Below are positions 55,661 to 64,000 of a stretch of DNA of 64,000 nucleotides, one piece after another. How positions within the stretch are numbered: the stretch's first letter is position 1; each line of letters starts with the position of its first letter. Source of the DNA: Phenylobacterium sp. (GTDB lineage: Bacteria; Pseudomonadota; Gammaproteobacteria; Enterobacterales; Alteromonadaceae); the NCBI GenBank assembly GCA_047617105.1, contig JBLGCB010000002.1, forward strand, positions 9,184-73,183. The letters are read 5' to 3'. A model generated the notes under the pieces. That model was not told the DNA's origin. It saw nothing but the letters and a program-made list of their open reading frames with translations, and did not search any database. Made by a program: the position numbers and the translations under genes.

Positions 55661-55734
55661 AGGACAGCTAGGTAACCGAGGTATTCAAAGTGTTTTCTTG
55701 GTCGTCTCAATCCCGATTAAACGGGAAAAAACGT

Positions 55735-55821
55735 ATGATTGAATTTATAGTGCTTATTGCAGCAATATTGCAAATCATTGTCTTGGTGAAACAGCTGCAC
55801 GACGACAACAAAGACGAGTAG
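55735..55821 (+). CDS. 28-aa hydrophobic peptide (type I toxin-like or small membrane protein)
   Basis: ATG at 55735. MIEFIVLIAAILQIIVLVKQLHDDNKDE has one TM helix plus an acidic tail. A strong hairpin lies 25 nt downstream. Below the ORF-track size cut-off. Confidence 0.3.
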   Translation: MIEFIVLIAAILQIIVLVKQLHDDNKDE

Positions 55822-55846
55822 CTGTGCCATCAAGATTTGACGGACT

Positions 55847-55878
55847 AAAAGTGGGCAAGTGCTAACTTGCCCACTTTT
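55847..55878. terminator. 13-bp perfect hairpin (bidirectional terminator-like)
   Basis: AAAAGTGGGCAAG-tgctaa-CTTGCCCACTTTT. Confidence 0.7.
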
Positions 55879-55962
55879 GATAACTCATTAAAAACTTGAA
55901 TAGCTAAGCCTAACAGGATAAAACAACTGTTTAAAAAATTGCACTGATACATCCCTGTAAGC

Positions 55963-55997
55963 AAAAAAGCCGACCCACAAAGTGAATCGGCTTTTTT
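55963..55997 (-). terminator. Rho-independent terminator downstream of M4 protease 1
   Basis: AAAAAAGCCGA-cccacaaagtgaa-TCGGCTTTTTT, with A/T runs on both sides. Confidence 0.65.
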
Positions 55998-56087
55998 GTT
56001 TTCATCATCAATCAGCGCGTTAAAACCCTCGCTCTCAGCCCATCAGTCTTATCGTTTAAGCAAGGACACACTGATTAACCATTGATT

Positions 56088-58310
<2,223 letters not shown>

Positions 58311-58416
58311 TCACGACGCCTTAGATACTGCTTTGTTATTAGATTGTTTGGTTCTGACCATATCGCGTCATTTATGGTAGCAAAAGCCCATTTTATGTCA
58401 AAATCCGAAAATATCG

Positions 58417-58582
58417 CCGTAGGGTGCCCGTGCGTAGCACGGTCCGAGGTTACGAGGAGCATTGCGCACCATTGAACAAACAGTCATAGGCCAACCTAGA
58501 ATGTGGTTGAATGATGACGAATGGTTCATGGTGCGCAGTGCTGCTCGTACCTCGCATTTCGCTACGCGAAAGCACCCTACGG
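58417..58582. repeat. MITE-like imperfect inverted repeat (~55-nt arms, ~56-nt centre) in the 5' leader of protease 1
   Basis: Left arm: CCGTAGGGTGCccgTGCGTAGCacggtccGAGGTtACGAGgAGCAtTGCGCACCAT. Reverse complement of the right arm: CCGTAGGGTGCtttCGCGTAGCgaaatgcGAGGTACGAGcAGCAcTGCGCACCAT. Confidence 0.7.
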
Positions 58583-58762
58583 TTAAATCTCCAAGAGCAA
58601 CTGTTACCCAGTTTGATTGGTGCCGTTATTATTATTATTTACGATCCCTCGCATTTGTTATTGTTGTTGTTATTGTCTGATCCAAACTCTTTTATGAGCC
58701 ATTTTGCGCCAGAAGCATCGTTGTAAATTCAACGATATGTTTGTGCCTGCCGCCGATGCAAT

Positions 58763-58794
58763 AAATCTATTACATAAAAACAACAATTGCCACC
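58763..58794 (-). promoter_or_regulatory. Conserved 32-nt upstream motif of the M4 paralogs (copy 1)
   Basis: AAATCTATTACATAAAAACAACAATTGCCACC; 31/32 identical to 62079-62110. It lies 495 nt upstream of the protease 1 start. Confidence 0.5.
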
Positions 58795-59365
58795 CCTAAT
58801 TTTAATTTAATGTTAAGAAAGAGTAGGTTTTTGGTCAGGAAAATGGATTCAGTGACTTAAGAAAATGGGTTTCCTATCGCTGATAGATTAATTTAACTGT
58901 TTTATTTCAATAGGATATGAAAAAATTAACGATTAAAAGTCAAAACATAAAAAACATTTTCAAACGATAAAAAGAATCTCAAAAATAACTTTTCACTATA
59001 AATACCGATTTACCTTCGTTTTTTGGTCCTCTTTACTGCCAATAAAGCCTTTAATTACCGTTTTACCATGATTAAAAGATCATTAACAACCAACATGCAA
59101 AAAATAAATTAACTTAAATATAACATTTAAAATAATTACACCGACAATATCAAGACATCTCAGATAACGGCTGAGAAAGATACAATTTGGCGCATCAACG
59201 ATAATTTTTGGCGTGCAAATGGATGTTTTGAACCAAAATGTCCAGCAAACCAATTTATTCAATCCATGGCCATCCGTCGGAAAATGAATATTTTGCACAA
59301 AAATGTCCTGGAGACTAATTTTTTGGTTTGAAGGGAGGCGAAAGCGAGTGAGTCAGAAAGGGATA

Positions 59366-59632
59366 GCGTCGTGCTCTCTACGATTAAGTTGTACTGTGGA
59401 CTGGAGGTTGGTCATACCTGCGTCGTGCTCGGTTTTTAATTGGCAGTGTTATTGGCTGGAGGTTGGTCATACCTGCGTCGTGCTCGGTTTTTAATTGGCA
59501 GTGTTATTGGCTGGAGGTTGGTCATACCTGCGTCGTGCTCTCTACGATTAAGTTGTACTGTGGACTGGAGGTTGGTCATACCTGCGTCGTGCTCGGTTTT
59601 TATTTGGCAATATCATTGACTGGAGGTTGGTC
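59366..59632. repeat. Array of a 30-nt repeat (4 full + 2 partial copies) separated by 24-25-nt spacers of only two sequence types
   Basis: CTGGAGGTTGGTCATACCTGCGTCGTGCTC at 59401, 59456, 59511 and 59565; partial copies at 59366-59376 and 59620-59632. Spacer A is TCTACGATTAAGTTGTACTGTGGA (x2). Spacer B is GGTTTTTAATTGGCAGTGTTATTGG (x2, plus one diverged copy). Order: A-B-B-A-B'. Confidence 0.9.
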
Positions 59633-59681
59633 TACAATTGCCATGCATCCCTTCGCAATTGCATTCGACCATCCATGGTCG

Positions 59682-59711
59682 AAAAAGCCGACTCACAGGG
59701 AGTCGGCTTTT
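59682..59711 (-). terminator. Rho-independent terminator downstream of M4 protease 2
   Basis: AAAAGCCGACTC-acagg-GAGTCGGCTTTT, with a T-run on the minus strand. Confidence 0.75.
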
Positions 59712-59772
59712 AAGTTTAAGCAATTGATGTGAAATTTATATCATCACATCAATCTTTGAATAAGCGGTTTGC

Positions 59773-61995
<2,223 letters not shown>

Positions 61996-62078
61996 TTAGC
62001 TGTTGTTACTTATTGTTGTATTTTCAACGATATCGATGCAACTGAAATTAGATTGTTGCTCTACAAAGTTGATGGGTT

Positions 62079-62110
62079 AAATCTATAACATAAAAACAAC
62101 AATTGCCACC
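62079..62110 (-). promoter_or_regulatory. Conserved 32-nt upstream motif of the M4 paralogs (copy 2)
   Basis: AAATCTATAACATAAAAACAACAATTGCCACC, 147 nt upstream of the protease 2 start. Confidence 0.5.
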
Positions 62111-62482
62111 TTTTATTTTAATAAGTTGTTAATGAATTAAGTTGTCTAGGCGGTCAATTGTACAAACCTATGCGGGTAGAGGCTGTAATCATGGAAGGTA
62201 AATATTTATAAAACAATGGGTTAAATATAAATAGGCAGGAACGGCAGCGTGTTACATTTTGTCAGAATGTAACACAAATTAATTTAAATTAGAATTCACT
62301 GGCTTTGTCCACTTTTCATAAATACCGTTAAACAGCTATTTGGTTACTTCGATGTTAAAAAAAACCGTTAACTGGTCAACCAATGAACGTCTGGTATATC
62401 AATAATGCCAGATTTTGACGTTATATATGATTGTGGAATAACATATAATACACTTCGTTAACATGCAGGGGATAATCCGTCG

Positions 62483-63169
62483 TCACTCAGTAGCATCACT
62501 TATCTGTTGCGCAACAAAATAGCCAACTGTTTCACCGGTGGTCAAGAAGTCAACTTCCTGACCTTCTAGACCTTCTTTACCTTCTAGACCTTCGGCATCA
62601 TTCAAACCAGCAACGACATCAGCAGAGCGTGGTTGATTTTCATAGGCGTACAGGGTATCGCCGCTATGCGCATCGATAAAATAAACCGGATGTAAACAAT
62701 GGGCACCATTTTCGCCCGCGATAACATAAGAGATAAGATAAACCAGCTTGGGTTTATTGTTGATCATATAGATATACAAATTATTTTGTTGGCGATACAC
62801 CTCCCCTTCACTGACTCGCTCGTTAGATAACGTCAAAGCCATCGCTTGTTCGGCACTTAAGGTAGGTTGGGTTGAGAAGTTTGCTTGACCAAAGTGGCTA
62901 GCCTGGCCAGACACATCATTTATCAAACCCGATGATGATACCGTAGTGGCAACACTATAGCCAAAGACAGGGATGCCTTTATAGTGTTGTTGAAAACGAA
63001 GTTTCAACCCATCAAGATTAAGGTGACTCTGGTCGATAACCGCAGGCGTTTGTTCTGGTGTCACAACCGTTGCAGCACTAGCAGACAAAGATAAAGTAAT
63101 TACCCAAGCCACTGCAATACAGCGCTTGAAAATACTAATATGAATAGTTCGAATATTGCGGATTGGCAT
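62483..63169 (-). CDS. Stand-alone M4-protease propeptide homolog (FTP + PepSY region only; no catalytic domain)
   Basis: LRFQQHYKGIPVFGYSVATT..GLINDVSGQ...QPTLSAEQAM...NNLYIYMINNKPKLVYLISYVI...PVYFIDAHSGDTLYAYENQ aligns with aa ~60-205 of both proteases. It then ends after a GLEGKEGLEGQE repeat. No HExxH. Confidence 0.7.
   Translation of the reverse strand: MPIRNIRTIHISIFKRCIAVAWVITLSLSASAATVVTPEQTPAVIDQSHLNLDGLKLRFQQHYKGIPVFGYSVATTVSSSGLINDVSGQASHFGQANFSTQPTLSAEQAMALTLSNERVSEGEVYRQQNNLYIYMINNKPKLVYLISYVIAGENGAHCLHPVYFIDAHSGDTLYAYENQPRSADVVAGLNDAEGLEGKEGLEGQEVDFLTTGETVGYFVAQQISDATE
62561..62596 (-). repeat. 9-nt in-frame tandem repeat x4 (encodes GLEGKEGLEG)
   Basis: ACCTTCTAG/ACCTTCTTT/ACCTTCTAG/ACCTTCGGC. 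Confidence 0.85.
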
Positions 63170-63387
63170 TGGTTAGCGGTTCCTCCCTTTATACAATAAA
63201 ATTTTATAAGCTGACACCTTCATTCATTGAGGTTGCTTAATGGTCGCTTAGGTCACGCGTGGGCACAAAAAACGTGACCACCCTACGTCATTTCATCACA
63301 AGTTTCGGGTTACAATTTAATGATTCATTGCTTAGAACTAAGTGCAAGGTGAGAATTTATAACAATTATCGAACAAATACCAGCGGT

Positions 63388-63414
63388 TTTTGGTTGCTTT
63401 TTAACCAACCAAAA
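63388..63414 (-). terminator. Hairpin downstream of hipA-like gene
   Basis: TTTTGGTTG-ctttttaac-CAACCAAAA. No clear U-run. Confidence 0.35.
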
Positions 63415-63456
63415 TGTCAACCAATAAACTAGGGGCTTATTACCATAAACTCAGCC

Positions 63457-64000
63457 CTACAACGGTTCATACGCCAATACCTGAATCAACTTAAGCCGAT
63501 GTTCAAAACAGCGAACCACCTGCTGACAGTGATCTAGTGGCATAAAACTATGGCGTAATGTACTCGTCACCACATCCGCTTTGGCAACGACACCTTTAAT
63601 CAACTTCTTGACCATTTTATCATTCAGCGCTAACCCTTGACCCAATTGAATAAAATCATAACCGATAGGTTGGCCATAAGCAGTGTTATAACCCGGTGCC
63701 AGTTCATGGCTCTTTTCTTCGATTTTTAATAACGGTAGCGCGAGGTAACAGGAGGTAAAGGTACTTTGATAGGGGGCAGTACTGACAAAATCGTAAATCG
63801 GGGCCAATTGGTTTTTTGCCGTTTGGGGGATTAACACCGCTAAATTACGTAAGTGAAAATCATTGTTGCCCAGTAAATAAGCATAGATCACTCGCAAAAA
63901 CAGGTCTTTTTTGAACGGCAAACTGCTGTCGATAGTGTTGATTAAAAAACCACAGGCACTTTCATAACTCACGGTTTGCTCATCATTAATATTGCCATAT
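63457..64000 (-). CDS. hipA: HipA-family serine/threonine kinase toxin, C-terminal part (N-terminus beyond the right window edge)
   Basis: YLLGNNDFHLRNLAVLI (GxxDxHxxN catalytic loop) and LAPIYDFVSTAPY. The frame stays open upstream of the track 'start' (a GTG at 63972) to position 64000 (...YGNINDEQTVSYES). Confidence 0.65.
   Translation of the reverse strand, partial: YGNINDEQTVSYESACGFLINTIDSSLPFKKDLFLRVIYAYLLGNNDFHLRNLAVLIPQTAKNQLAPIYDFVSTAPYQSTFTSCYLALPLLKIEEKSHELAPGYNTAYGQPIGYDFIQLGQGLALNDKMVKKLIKGVVAKADVVTSTLRHSFMPLDHCQQVVRCFEHRLKLIQVLAYEPL

Noticed and set aside
58462-58726. Two 71-72-aa plus-strand ORFs upstream of protease 1.
   Set aside because: They run through the inverted-repeat element and the TAT/GTT simple repeats. 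There is no RBS, and the translation has a repetitive low-complexity tail (for example LLLLLL).
59366-59632. Calling the 30-nt repeat array a CRISPR.
   Set aside because: The spacers are short (24-25 nt) and come in only two sequence types, each used more than once. The repeat lacks a typical palindromic core or conserved termini, and no cas genes or leader are in the window.
59303-59732. Track ORFs 59303..59494 and 59463..59732 on the plus strand.
   Set aside because: They are translations of the 54/55-nt repeat array. The period is not a consistent multiple of 3, so the 'protein' merely repeats frame-shifted fragments (LEVGHTCVVL).

Overview
The window looks like a gammaproteobacterial chromosome segment. 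A marine Alteromonadales-like origin is only a guess from gene content. GC is moderate by eye, with one clearly AT-rich island at about 10.0-11.7 kb.

Content from left to right:
- (1) The 5' part of a secreted LamG-domain repeat protein (open at the window edge, absent from the ORF track) and a phage-tail-collar-domain gene.
- (2) An accessory block: an Fmt-type formyltransferase translationally coupled to a PRMT-like protein (double-E loop), a type II thioesterase and a TonB-dependent receptor.
- (3) An HNH/DUF222 gene and an AT-rich island of small hypothetical ORFs.
- (4) A Xanthomonas-type arginine operon (argF'-argG-argE'-argA/B-argC-argH). It is preceded by a short ORF with an Arg-Arg-Arg run and a terminator hairpin that could form an attenuator.
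- (5) The dominant feature, a roughly 35 kb iron-uptake locus on the minus strand. It reads stand-alone TauD/SyrP-type hydroxylase, FAAL-ACP, four NRPSs and a PvdE-type ABC exporter, with 7 aminoacyl carrier domains, one A-less C-T module, a C-terminally fused TauD domain, and a histidine-less C-like 'interface' domain in front of the last Asp module. A PepSY-TM protein, two small membrane proteins, a second TonB-dependent receptor and Fur-box-like sites flank it. I read it as the locus for an N-acyl heptapeptide beta-hydroxyaspartate siderophore that matches no composition I can recall.
- (6) A small-ORF and repeat region with a 28-aa hydrophobic peptide.
- (7) Two tandem M4 (vibriolysin-like) protease paralogs with double PPC domains, plus a third gene encoding only the propeptide (FTP/PepSY) part. 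The intergenic DNA between them holds a MITE-like inverted repeat and a CRISPR-looking but non-CRISPR 30-nt repeat array.
- (8) The 3' part of a hipA-like kinase gene, open at the right edge.

All functional calls come from motifs read by eye. No database search was possible.
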